Positions 23,986 through 36,434 of a DNA stretch of 64,000 bases are shown piece after piece. This DNA is from Rhizodiscina lignyota (Eukaryota). The translations under genes and the position numbers were made by a program. A model generated the notes under the pieces. The model made no database searches. It saw nothing but the letters and a program-made list of their open reading frames with translations, and was not told where the DNA came from. Each line of letters starts with the position of its first letter. The stretch's first letter is position 1. The stretch lies in NCBI GenBank assembly GCA_010015805.1, contig ML978122.1, positions 3,072,453 to 3,136,452 on the forward strand, written 5' to 3'.

Positions 23986-25969
23986 TCAATATTCTGCTTC
24001 GACAGCACCATATTCTTTGCCGCCACATTCGAAGGTAAATACCATCCGCGCGCCTTCAATCTTGACAATCAGGTTAAAGTCTATTCGAAGATACCATCGT
24101 CCATCTGACGCTCGCTGCACCTTCTGCACCATGTCCTTGTCGACGACGCTCAAATCGATTTTGAGCAAACAGCATGTCTTGATTTCTGAATACCCGGTCA
24201 GCAGGTAAAGCAACTTCAAAAGGGCAGACCCGGCGCATACCTTTGGTAGAATGGACTGGAGCAGTGTCTGAAGCGCACATCTGAAGCATGTACATTTGCT
24301 TATATTCCTTCAGCTGCGGATCCAGTGAAAAGGTATTGTGAAACGGGAATTTGATGTGGCGGCTTCGTTTCAAGTCGTCATGCTTCGCCAGATCAGGCTC
24401 ACACTCTTCCTCAATATCGACGGCTAGACACATACCTTGTGGATATACCAGGCCAATGTCCTTATGCGATACACCTCCTCATACTTGTCCCAGAACTTCT
24501 CGTTCTCACGTCCTTTATCACGATAGTAATCCCATTCAGCGCCAGCCGACACACCGTAATGTCTCTCCGCAACACTGCTCACAACTAACGCTTCCTGAGG
24601 TAGTTTGCTAAGCACTGCGCCCCGAACGATCGCAGACCATCTACGATACTGATAAGCACTCTTGTAAACGTCAAGTATTACCAAACTTACGCATCATTTG
24701 GTTGTATGACTTGGATGTCTTTATGCGCAGCTACAACTGCGTCTCTGAGGTATGCATTTGCACCAAATCCTCCGACCAGGAAAATTGCTTTGATCTCGGC
24801 GCCTTTCGGATGTCCTTCCTGCAGTCGTTTGATACGTACTTGGGCGACTTGCCTCGCAATCAGCTTGTCAATGTCCTTGAACACTGGTTCGAATATGCCG
24901 TGCATTGCCTCCCCTGTCAGTGTCAACGTGCTCGCCTTGATGTACTTCAGTGGCTTGTGTTTGATCTTTGCCATCGTAAAGGTAATGTATTGATCATCAT
25001 CTTCCTTCGATCTGAAACCTGGTTTGATCACCTCATCGAACTGTTTCATTGCCAGCCGATATCCATTCGTTATCTTCAGATCCTGGAATGAACGCTCACC
25101 GACGGTATCCTTGATCCACTGTTCGAATCGTTTGTTGATAATCATTGACCCAGCAATGCCGCCTGTAGGTGGGACGAGTTCCTTGAGTTCAAGAGGGCGG
25201 AGCTTCAAAATTTCATAAGACACGAGGTCAACCGTGCCGCCACCGGCATCACAGATCGTAATGGCATCTCCTATACTGAGTCCATGATCCTTGAGGTCAT
25301 GTAGTGTTGACATTGCTGCGGCTTCCGGCTCCTTGATAAGCTGGATGGGACCAATCCCAGCATGACGGGCGGCTCGCAGAGTTGTATCTTTGGCCTTGTC
25401 GCTCCACACAGCGGGCACCGATATAACGAATTGCTTTGCCAGCGTCTCAAGATAGTGCTTGGGAACTTTCCGCTCTATTACATTCAGTGCATGCTCGTAT
25501 ATTGCCCCAATATAATCGGTCGCAATGTCTATTGGGGTTTGCCGAGTTTCTGGATTTCAGCCTTGGTCGCTCCAGCGCTCGTAGGGTCATAGAGTGGCCT
25601 GGTCTGGTCTGGATCAAGAAGGAGCTTTACTCCTTCAATTTTCTCCTCAACAGTGCGGTCGAGTTCATAACCCCATTTAAAGTTACCGTCAGTATCGTAT
25701 TTCAATATTGTTGGCGCCTTCGGTACGGTTCGTCCCACTGCCCCAGGCCACTCCGTCACGGAGTATACTTGGTCTGGTCTGGTTGTGAAAGCATATGCAA
25801 CTCTACTCCTTTCAGTTCCAGTGAATGTCCATCATAAGACAGCAACAATGACATACCCGCTGTATGTTGTGCCAAAATCAAGGCCAATAATCAGACGATC
25901 GGTATTCTCATTAGGCAAAATGCTCCGTATGCTTAGCGCACTGAGATTCTTTGATAACTCCTTCGCCAT
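23986..25969 (-). CDS. Atypical fungal Hsp70-like (HSPA12-type) ATPase, 5 exons, apparent 1-nt frameshift at ~25534-25537
   Basis: IIGLDFGTTYSG, SVPAVWSDKAK, EPEAAA, ICDAGGGTVDLVSY, FLVGGFGANAYL, WSAIVRGAV motifs; reading frame breaks at KLGKP. Confidence 0.88.
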
Positions 25970-26882
25970 CGTGGTATTCCGACCATTGCCAGGCTGAGAA
26001 ATAAAATTGAAACTGCTGAGAGACAAAGTGGGATATAATATGCACCGTCAACTGCTTAGCAAGGCTGAGAGAGCTACATCTTCGGTCTGCCGATCTGTGC
26101 CTGCATGGGCCTTCTATACGAGAAATCCAGAGCTGTGGTGCATTTTATCGCCTGGATCCAGAAGCTGGGCAGACGAGGCTGTCAGAGAGCAGGCTCCGCT
26201 ATGCATTGAAGAGCACGAGAGGGAATCTCCCATTCGGCACAACGGCAATGCCAGGACGCGACGAGCTGCAAGAAGGTCATTAGCTAGCTACAGGGTTTCG
26301 AGAATAGATTGCGATTGGCCTACTCTGTAAAATGCGCCTCATTCTCAGGAATAAGGCAACGAGGCAGCGGCGACGGTCCGCACCGCAAGCAAGGCTGGAA
26401 CTACTCCCTGCGGCCCGATAATATGTCCAGTCTTGCGTTATGACTTTCAAAGGGATAATAAAACGCCGACGTTTGCATCTGTCTGTGCCTAAGAGCTCTG
26501 GAGGGAAATTTGTGAGTTCAGTGCTGGCGTGACTTTCTGGTTGCGGAGTTGACCAATCAGCTAATCAAGTCACAGGGTAGCTTTCATCATTCGCGACTCA
26601 CTACTTTCATTTCGCAGTTTACTGTGTTGGCTAGCGCGGCTAGTGTGGACTTCGTTGATTCGTAACAGAGAGCGTACTTGATTCCTAGCTGAGCCGCATC
26701 TTGCAAAGCTGTCTAGTCCTACTCAGCCTGATGGAATGCGACAACTCTCCCCCACCCAGCATCGGATGAACTATGCTTAGCGTTTATCTATGAGACCTGC
26801 CTATAATTCGTTGGTATAGTATTCAACATTCTCCATACACGCTCATTATGCTGACACGACAGACAGCGCATCAGCCGACGTC

Positions 26883-28107
26883 ATGCAGCGTAAAATGGGC
26901 AAAAATTGGACTAGCGAGCAGCTCACCACGCTGAAACAGCTCGTTGCCGAAGCTGTTGAAGATGGTACCCGTAATGCGATTGAGACAGCTTTTGTTAAAG
27001 GACAACAATCTACCGCCAGTGTTGTCAAGCCATCATTGGCATCGTTTATGGAACTAGAGCAGCCAGATGTGCGTCGCATCATGCCTCTATTTCCAATCCG
27101 CACTCCTATATCCCTGCTGAGACATCAAAATTCTGACTAATTGAACAGGCGCTTAATCGAAATGAATCAAAAGCGGGAAACAAGACTCTAGAAGAAGAGA
27201 ATGAGCGATTGCGGCAAGAAATTCTCCAGTGGAAACAGAAAGACTTAGAAAAAGATTTAAAAATTACAAATCTTCACAAGATCATACAGGAGAGTTCAAC
27301 ATTAGATGACAACGCTCCAAACGATGATGACGTGGAGCGGCGATTCAGCGAGCTTCGAAACCGTATCCTACAAGTAGTGAAGAAACACTTTAGCAGAAAG
27401 TGGAGGAGACATGGCAGTTCGTCGTCTGCCACTATAGACGACTTATGGTCCATGGCCATAATCGCGGACGCCTTGTGGTCTAAGTTCTTCAGTCCCAAAG
27501 CGACGTGTTTCGGATTTAGTCCGCACTCGGATGAGTGCCTTGGAGGACTTGAGAACGAATTTGAGAATGTACTCGATGGTGAGTGACCCAGCCTAGGTAC
27601 GCGCACTAAAGGCTTAAATTTCCTAATCAATCAATTTGCACAGTACCTTTCGCCAGTGTCGTAGAATGGCGAGTGAGGGCCGTCCAACTTGCGGAGCTTT
27701 CTAAAATCGATGATGAGACAGCGTTCGGTAGTTCAACGCAGGAATTCGTTCGCAATCTTCTCACCAACCACCTTTTAGCCAAGCATCCACTAAAAGAACC
27801 GAATGCAGCAGTAGCAGCATTGACCGAGATACACGACAAAGCTTTCCGCCTGTCGTTGCTCTTCCGAGCAAACAAGACAGAGTACGTGTGGCTGCAGAAC
27901 CAGTCAGGGTCGATTGAGATTACGGAAGATCAGGTTGAAATTGTAGGAACCGCAGGATTCAGGAGCATAGGAGAAGCAAAGGGTCGATTCAAGATAGTCT
28001 TTGGTGCTGTCGGTAAAGCTGCGGCGCATGGTGGAAGATGTAAAGACGGCTTGTTCCTTCTGAGGAACGCGGAGATCATGCTGGGACCTTTCAATAACCT
28101 GACTTGA
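26883..28107 (+). CDS. Coiled-coil protein divergently paired with the Hsp70-like gene; exons 26883-27068, 27149-27578, 27644-28107
   Basis: Three exons joined in frame by GTGCGT/GTGAGT...CAG introns with CTAAT/CTGAC branch points; coiled coil then DDDVERRFSELRNRI; beta-rich C-terminus. Confidence 0.75.
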
Positions 28108-31019
28108 TCATCAGATGCTTCGGTAGAGTGTGTATATGTTGTTATTGTTGTTATTGTTGTTGTACAGCGTGGTTGGGGCCTTCGGCTAAGGAGGGAGGAA
28201 ACCTCCAGCTGCTCTGAGTGCAGTCTCAGTGCCTCAGAGGCTCACGTGACTTAGCCTGGCTGTGGCGGCTTACCTACCTATATGGTTAAGCAGACTTGGA
28301 GGGGAAAGCCACGCTTGGAACATGCTATATCGCAACTCTTCAACCGAGACAGCTGACAGCAAGGGAGTTATCATAGGGCTTACTCTATGCACGACTTCTC
28401 TAAACTAAGCCCTATTCAGCGGGGATCGGCCCATTACCTGTTTCCCGTACTCCGGTCTATGATCCTCGCTTCTCTTTCCAAATCATGACATCGAGGGCGA
28501 CCCTGGAAGTCTTAAAATCGACAACATAATACCTATGTCCACAGATCTACATGGGGCGTCAAACTCACAACAGGAAGGAGAGCAGCCGCTCTCCATTCAG
28601 CTTATTGTCCCGACTGCCGTGGAGCTCCGAATCCCCCGCATAGTTATATTGCCCCGTTGTCCAGATTGCCTCGTCCTTCGAGTTAAAAAAAGGATCATCG
28701 AGGCAGACGAAAGGATTACCCAAGTTCTATAACAGTTTGCATCCTTCTTTGATGAGTAGATGCCAGAGTAGATGTGGATAATGGTATGGTAAGGCTATCT
28801 TTCAATGTCAGAAATGATTTCTGTCTCCAGATTCTAAATACTTGTTTAGTAGGAAACAATGAAGCATCTGAATACGTCCATATCTCCGAGCTATCAACTT
28901 TTGAAAATCCATTTCTAAATCCATTTCTGCTGCACATATCCTTGAGCAAGTCTTTGAATGTGCAGGGGGCTCTTATCCTCATGTGCGATGTCAGATATTT
29001 GCTATTACGATTCCGTATTACCTTCACTGTCAGCTCTATAATTCCGTGTGAAACAGACAAACAGTTCCACAACATTCTACTAAGCATGCTCAATGTCGTC
29101 AGAGAGCCGGAAGCTCTATAAGGGCCCGCCCGCTCTTGAAATTCGAGTTACTTCTGTACAGCTCAAATACTGCAGTCCAGCTTCCAAGACCCGCAAGTAC
29201 AAATTGAAGTCATTGAGATTGATAAAGAATAAGAGACAGGATGGGCTTCTCAAAGATCGTCTCCGGCGCTCTGCTCGTTGCGTAAGTGTCGACACATGTC
29301 CGCTTTCAAATATATTGTATTGATTTTGCTGACTCCCTATCGAAGGTTTTTCGGTGTCCAAACAACAGCTCAGACGACATGCGGAACGGAAGGGTTCAGC
29401 GCCGCGGCTTGCCCGACGCCATTTAATCCTTGCTGCTCTTTCCTCTGCGCCGAGGCTCAGGTTCCGTTCCTCGTGTGCCACGAGACCTCTGTAACGGCTC
29501 TCGCAAGCTGCACCGCCTGCCCAACTGCCTAACTGGAGCACACCTCATCAACTGGATGCATCAATGAGGTGTTGGATATGTGATGGTATGAGAAGGTTGT
29601 GGTGCCGTCGTTGACTTTGGAACTTCACCTACATGTAAAGACAATTGCAGGGAGTACACGGGAGACGTCAATCATCGTGTATTTAAATTGCTGCATTCTT
29701 TCGTCCAGAAATGAAAGTTCAAAAAGCGGTTCAACCTCATCATCCCATGCCCTCTTCACTATTTCGCTTCACGTACTTCGTCCTAAACGTCGCTAATCGT
29801 TAGGGCGTCTCGTTGCGCGTGGTGGTAAGCATATCCAAATCGAGGTGCTCTGTTAGCCACTCATTATGCAGTAGTTCAAGTACTCATAGATGTGCTAGCA
29901 TAAGTTAATGCTCGGAGGCTGCGGTCAGACTTTAAAAACTGTTAATGTCAGAGCACGAGGAGAATCACCGTAGCAGATGTCATTGGAGAGAGAGAAATGA
30001 GAAAAGTATGTGCGCTACAGGTCACTCACCGTAGCATCGTTGACGTTACGAAGCACCTGAGCTGCGACTGGTAATTGCTTCCTCGAAACCTGCTCCGGCA
30101 TCAGGTGCAGCCACCTTTGATATGTGAGGAGCTCCATCAATTCTGTGCGACTTGAGGTTGTCCTGCCAGGGCGCTAGCGATGGGGCATAATTGACGCAAT
30201 AAATATCCCACGGCGCCAGCGATTCCACTAGCGTTTAACTAGGTTTAGCGTTAATTTTCCAGCAGGGATGATGTGAAACTGATAGACAGAGGCAAGTGAC
30301 CTCGACGAGTGGAAATGGAGAAGTAGTGCACTCTCTGGGAAACACTGAACAGCAATACAGTGGTACGCTCTGAAGAATGTATAACTGAGCTTTCAGAGAT
30401 ACTTTCGCTCACCTTGGGGTAGCTTCCTCAGATTTAGAGTCATGGACTGAAAGTCTTGAGCACATGAATGACATAGTCCACACTCCATTGCCATTATGAT
30501 TAGACACTATCAAACCAGTTTTGGGCTGCGGAACTTCTACGTGAGTACGAGCACTGTTCAGTGAACCACAAGTGCCGAGAACATCTCGAACAAGGCCGGC
30601 ATCTGGGTGCGACACTGAAGTGGCGTTCCCTTTCTGACGCGTGCTGGTAACGGGGTTCAGATTGCTATCATCCTAAAAGCGAAGCTATTACAAATTCTGT
30701 TCATCGGATGCACACGATCCTCCATCCTCATGTGTGCCTGCAGGCATCCCAGTCCGTTGCAGCAACCCATACCCCCCGCACAACAGAAACGACAACGAAC
30801 GCCAAAACTGGGTAAACAGGTGGTGGTATCGATAAGGAATACAGGAAGGGAACGCCAAACGCACAGGCTGGTTGGGTGTTGCCATGAATGGGCGTAAGCA
30901 CCCAAAGTGCGCGTCGAAGCAGCCGAACGTAAGTCTTCAGATCCTTGACAAGCGCCGGAATCTAGTGCTAGTGTCGTTCGCGAACACTGTACGCCTGGCG
31001 AAAAGTAGTAGGGGAAGTG

Positions 31020-32483
31020 CTAAAGGAAATAAGGAATCATCGAACTAGAGAAATATTAGCACACTTGAAGGTAATAAACGACACATTGTGAGGACAGAAA
31101 CTCACCCTACTGCGAACACGGCTATGACGCCCACCATCGCTCTGTTCCTGACTTTCTGCCTCTTCAGCTGCTGTTCCATCATCTTAACCTTCTTTGCAGG
31201 TTGCACAGGTCCAGCCTCATCGGCATCCTCCTCTTCCTCTTCTAGTACGTCCGCTTTTCTCTTGCCTTTTGAACTTGTTGGCCGTCCTTCCTCTTCCCTC
31301 GCCTTCTCAACCATCTCCCTCGCCTGCGCGATCATATCCTCCGCATTATCGGGCAAAGGCAGCTCCGGAGACCCAGCTGGCATCTCAATCCTCACAGTCG
31401 TGTGTGTTGTTTCCACATCATCGGTCCTCTCTACGGTCTCATCAACCTCTACGCGGACTTTATCCTCCATATCTATGCTCTCGGTTTTGCTCTCTGGCTC
31501 TGTGGATGGAGCAGTACCATTTTCACCATTTTCAATTATCTTATTCAGTTCTTTGCTTGCCTCTGCAGCCGGTGTGTCCTCGGTTGCCGTTTTCTTTGCC
31601 GCCCTCTTGCGCGGGCTAGCAATCTTTCTGCTTGGCGTTGCGATTTTCGAAGGGCTGGCTGAGCGAAGTTCTCTTCTCCGTGACCCACGAACTGAGTTGG
31701 TTCCTTCTGTAGGAGCGAGAGCGTATTTCTTTGGGAGGACGTACTTTGGAGGCGTTTGGATACTGGACTTATCCTTGTCCCTCGTACCCTTCTCTATCGG
31801 TTCTGGATCGAGCAGCGCAATGATCCACGATCGCATATTATATTCATCCGCAAGTTTGAGCGCTGAAATTAGGGTCAAGTTAGCAATTGCGATGATTGGA
31901 GAGTCCGGCGCTGTGCCGCATACCAACTTCCGGCGAGATCCAGACGTTGCCTGCAACCTCCTCTGGGCCCACCGAAGGAAGCTCCTTGTGATGTTTACGT
32001 TCTACTTGCTCTTCTTGGAGTGACGCCCAAGGAAATGCAGCTTTGAACATTCCCGTCGCACTGATAAAGCCATCGCTGCTGCGACGCTGAGAGGTTCAAT
32101 TAGCTTTTGCGCAATTACAAACGCTAATGGAGCAGCGCATACCATTAAGAAGTACGATTCAGGGTACTTGTTATCAGCTGGGCGGAAGATGCCTGAGCCC
32201 TTGAGATCTTTCGGGAGAGGCACGCGTAGGTGCGCGTAGTCGAATACGCCGAGACTCTCTGCCTTGGCTGGTGGCGACATGCCTTCTTCTCCAGGCTTGA
32301 CACTCAGGTCGGTAGAACCCAATCTCCTCCTCTCGACGAGGATTTCCACTATATCCGGTCAGCTGCGCTGAATCGCGTTTCTGGCGCATTACAGGCGCAT
32401 TGCGCGTGAATTGACCTACACTGTGGAGTGTGCTCCGGCTCCAAGAGCGGATTGTGACGCTCTGGGATATGTCGCTTCACCAT
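31020..32483 (-). CDS. APSES/KilA-N domain protein with C-terminal TM anchor (Bqt4-like), 5 exons
   Basis: [86 protein letters not shown]; tail [22 protein letters not shown]. Confidence 0.85.
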
Positions 32484-33526
32484 TTTGAGCAAGGAATGGC
32501 GATGAAGAGATGCGGGAACGGAGTTTTCGAGCTATCAAGATGCCTCGTTGGCGTTCCCTTGCGCGCGCGAATCAGAGCAAGACAGCGCACCAGCTGCAGA
32601 ACACGCGATTGAGGCGTGATACGGCGCGGAAACGGCGCGAATAGAACGTTGCAAAACTTTCGAGGCGGTTGACAGGTGGCTCAGACGGCGAACGCGATGG
32701 AAATTGATGCAGGGAATGAGGTGAAAGTGATGGGGAGAGGTACTTGTGAGACGGGGGTCGATTGACGATGCTTGGCACGCTAGCACGGGAGAGGCTGGGC
32801 GAATCAAAGACCCCATAAATACCATTCTTCAGATGTGAGCGTCCCTACCATATCTGCTGCTGCTGCTGTTTTGACGATAATTGCATGAGACGGCAATTCA
32901 TGTGTGTGTTGTCTCCTTTTCCCGTGGTGGTTATGGCAATATACCGTCGAGTGAATACAGCTCATTGTCTCCTCAAGCGTAGCTTCTGCCACACATCAAC
33001 ACGCAGATATCCGGCAGTTCAAGTGGATGGGGGTACTCCTTTGATTTAGCAAATATGTATAAGGAGAATATTAGCTCTTTATGCATAGGTCCCTGCATTT
33101 CAAGTACAACATCCACCTGCATGACAGATTGGGCTGCCATTATACGACTACCCCTTTCTGCCGCCGGGCTGAGATCTATGTATGCATACCCTGCAGCCTC
33201 TCCACACCAAGAGATCAGGAACGACAGCTTTTTCTGATCGCTCCCTGATTAATTGCGGCATCAACCGCGGGTCCGAGATTTTGCACCTCTTCTGCATCGC
33301 TATTGGTTGAAGCTCATAAACCCAGATCCATGTCACGTGCCTCGTCTAGACCGACTGTGGCATTCTGAAACGGCTGGACCAAACAACCTTGAAAGTCCCT
33401 TAAGCATTGGGCATCAGCACACTCAAACAAAACTTACTGTGCTACCCTCACCACTTCCTCTCTCCAAAAGTTTTTGTTTCTGAGCCTGAGCGCCCTTAGA
33501 CCCTCTTCGGGAACACTCTAGCCGTC

Positions 33527-36434
33527 ATGTCAGACCAAGTTCACGACCACGAGCTGCAGCCTGAGGCTACTGAAGGCTTCAAGGTTGGCGAGAAGAAAAC
33601 CATCGACGAATATCAGAAGTTGGGTAAGCTTTAGATTTCATGTTCAATATTCCCGAGGCCATACCTGCCACCGCTGCATCATCGGACTACTGCCTTGGAT
33701 ACCACTGCCTTTGTGGATGACCCTCGATTATGCCTTCCAACGACGAAACACTGGACCAAAACAATGTCTTCTGGCCCTCAGGACTATGCATCCTCCACAC
33801 AAATTCCCGAGCTTCAACATCCCATACTCTCGCTCTTACCAATCATCTCAAATCGTGCGATATCTCTACACATATGCGATCGTTACTAGTTGCGATCGCT
33901 TTCATCTCATATCAAAATGTCGCTTGGCGTTCCCGGAAGAGTCCCCCCTATGCGAAAGCGAGACTGGTTCAGTCCAGCTGTCATTCCTCTCGCTATCAAG
34001 TTTTTCCCACATGCTTGCCGCAAGCTGCCTCACAAGATTTCCGAATGGCGCCGAGGGGACTCGCTGTTTGCACAGTTCTGGCGCCGAAGAGCTCAATCAA
34101 CATCCACATACTTGACCAACGAAGAAGATCCAACAATGTCCGGGGCTTTGTCACCAAGAGGGCGTAGGCCTAACCATGCTCTCCAAGCCGTCGAAGCCGT
34201 CAAAGCCAAAGTCCATAATCTCAAAGGAAGAAGACGTCTACCGGCCCGGGAAAGCAAACGCGGCCGTATTTTCGGAGCGTTCAAGATCAAAACAAAACGC
34301 AAGAAAACTCGGCCACCGCTTGATGGCTACGAGCAGGAGCAGGAGGCAATACAACCATCTCCTCCCGAAAGTCTAAAAGGGTCGGCTGTCTGTCCTTGCA
34401 ACCCCAGACGTTTTCCTCGACTTCGAGACAGCAGTGATGACGACAGTGACGTTGGCGATGTGCACACTTTGCAACTGGACAGCCATTGGTCTGTTTCAAC
34501 AAAGTCACAGAAGCAAATGACAAGATTACTTCCAACAATCACTTTCCAGGGCAGGCCTATATTCAGGAATCCATTTTCGCCGTCGGAAATCCTTCCAGAG
34601 GGCCGAATTGCTGTGGACAAGCAAAAATGCGACGGAACAACAAATGTAAAATTAGTCCAACCTCGTGAGCCGGACAGTGGGATAGGGTCGACCACCAAAC
34701 TTGTCCAATTTGAGCATCCGCCGGAGACCAGCCCTCAACTGGATCATCAACTGCCCGAACGGATGTCGCCTGTGTCTCAAAATATTGCTCGGGACACCTT
34801 ACGACGCCGCATCCGACAGGATTTCCATGAGTCGGTGGTTTTTATCAGGGGAGCAGGTATGCTAACATATTTCTTTCATGTCAGATGCAAATGATGAGTC
34901 CCTTCGTAAATGGAAGGAGTCTCTTGGCATTGGCTCTGGCACTAGTGTTTCTGACCCGAATGATGCGCGCAAGGTCGTCATCTTAAGTCTAGGCTTAGAG
35001 GTGAGCACTTCATCCATTTCAACTTCTTGTCCGACTGCAGAATGCTAAGTCAACCCAGGTCGAAGGCCGTCCCGACATCATAATCGACCTGAAGCAGCCG
35101 GGAGCGGTCGACAAGCTGAAGGACCAACCGTTCACGATCAAGGAAGGATCGACGTTCAGGATGAAGGCTATCTTCAGAGTTCAACACCAGGTTCTCTCGG
35201 GCCTGAAGTACCTTCAGGTGGCAAAGAGGATGGGGATGAGCGACAAGATGCAGGAGATGATCGTAAGTTTCGCATTGATTCATATATTTGAGCAGCACGA
35301 CAGTGCCCCTCCATGGACTTCTGCCCACACTTTTCGCTCATTGCACTCTTTCATCGATCCCCGGAGACATGCTATTGCCATATCCGTTTACGTTACGCAA
35401 AGACGGCCGCGAGCTAGGGTATGTGCTGACGCTATCACAGGGAAGCTACAGTCCGAACACCACGGACAAGCCAACTTACGAGAAGAAGTGTCAGTAATCT
35501 CCTCTTCTTCTGCTGTTAAATCTACATGCTCTTCTTTTTCGTTTATTCCCACGCCGCCCGAAGGACTGCATACCAGGAAATTTCGGCCCACGTTCCGCGA
35601 GCACGAGCCCAATGTCGACGAAGGCCGCATTAACAAGATTGGCGTCCTCTTCGCCGAGGCCAATTTTATTCTGAATGGCTTGCGTCGGACTAATCCCAAT
35701 AGTCCAAATAGTGAGTATGCGGCGCCCCATCAACCGAACGGATTTCAGCGTGGATATTCAGGATTGCATCCGTGCAACTGCCCTGTGACGCCTGGATGTC
35801 TACAACTGCCGCAGGCTCAGCCATTCAACCTCCCTATTGCGGATGGCATGCAACATACGCCTGATCCAGCGTTCTATCAGCATCCACATGCTTCACTGGT
35901 ACCTGGCGTTACTGCACCTAATGGCTGGCATCCTCCACCGGCTCCACCGTTCTACCCGCCTCCATATCCCTGGCCGACTGGATACGCCCCTGGTCCCGCG
36001 TTCTACCCGCCACCATACGTCTGGCCATATGGGTGCCCCCGTGTGATGTACGGTGCGCAACACCCACTTGCCCAGGCGTTCCACCAGCCTCCTCATGGGA
36101 CGACCGGCTACCATCCCCCTCCGATCAATGGCGCTCCACACCTGGATTCCCCGCCGCTGAACACGCAGTCCCCACTCTCCCGTAATGGACATGACTACTA
36201 CGAAGATGATGTTTACAGTGATGAGGATGGATTGTTTGTGTTTTCTATCTGCATCGCAATATGGTATTGAGCCTTGAATCGCTGACATCTGTTTTTGTTA
36301 CAGTCGAACCCCAGACCGCCCCGACCGGAATGATTGCTCGTGGCCACTATAACGCGGTTTCCAAGTTCGTCGACGACGACAACGAGACGCATCTCAAGTT
36401 CGAGTGGAGCTTCGACATCAAGAAAGACTGGTAA
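33527..36434 (+). CDS. RDI1: Rho GDP-dissociation inhibitor; exons 33527-33623, 34885-34999, 35059-35262, 35441-35489, 36304-36434
   Basis: Spliced product MSDQ...TEGFKVGEKKTIDEYQKLDANDESLRKWKESLG...FTIKEG...LSGLKYLQ...MIGSYSPNT...APTGMIARGHY...FVDDD..HLKFEWSFDIKKDW*; all introns GT-AG with branch points. Confidence 0.95.
33890..34894 (+). other. Long same-strand ORF nested in Rho-GDI intron 1 (334 codons; first ATGs at 33917 and 34136)
   Basis: Stop-free for ~1 kb within intron 33624-34884; basic and acidic low-complexity blocks; stop overlaps exon 2 in another frame. Confidence 0.5.
35263..36270 (+). other. Open frame continuing from Rho-GDI exon 3 across intron 3, exon 4 (alternative frame) and most of intron 4; Pro/Tyr-rich
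   Basis: ORF 35161-36270 shares the exon-3 frame; contains repeated FYPPPY motifs and an acidic end DYYEDDVYSDEDG. Confidence 0.5.

Noticed and set aside
28290..28415. GAAAGCC...AGGGCTTACTC resembling RNase MRP conserved regions
   Set aside because: Lacks the GAAAGUCCCC CR-I motif; explained by a local 10-bp hairpin ATAGGGCTTA/TAAGCCCTAT
28500..30900. AT-richer interval with 60-140 codon ORFs, possible transposon or pseudogene remnant
   Set aside because: No transposase/RT motifs or terminal repeats visible
31088..32023. 311-aa plus-strand ORF
   Set aside because: Antisense shadow of the APSES gene
35490..35563. Possible short intron joining Rho-GDI exon 4 to the Pro-rich frame via an AAG acceptor
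   Set aside because: The junction would create an immediate TGA stop
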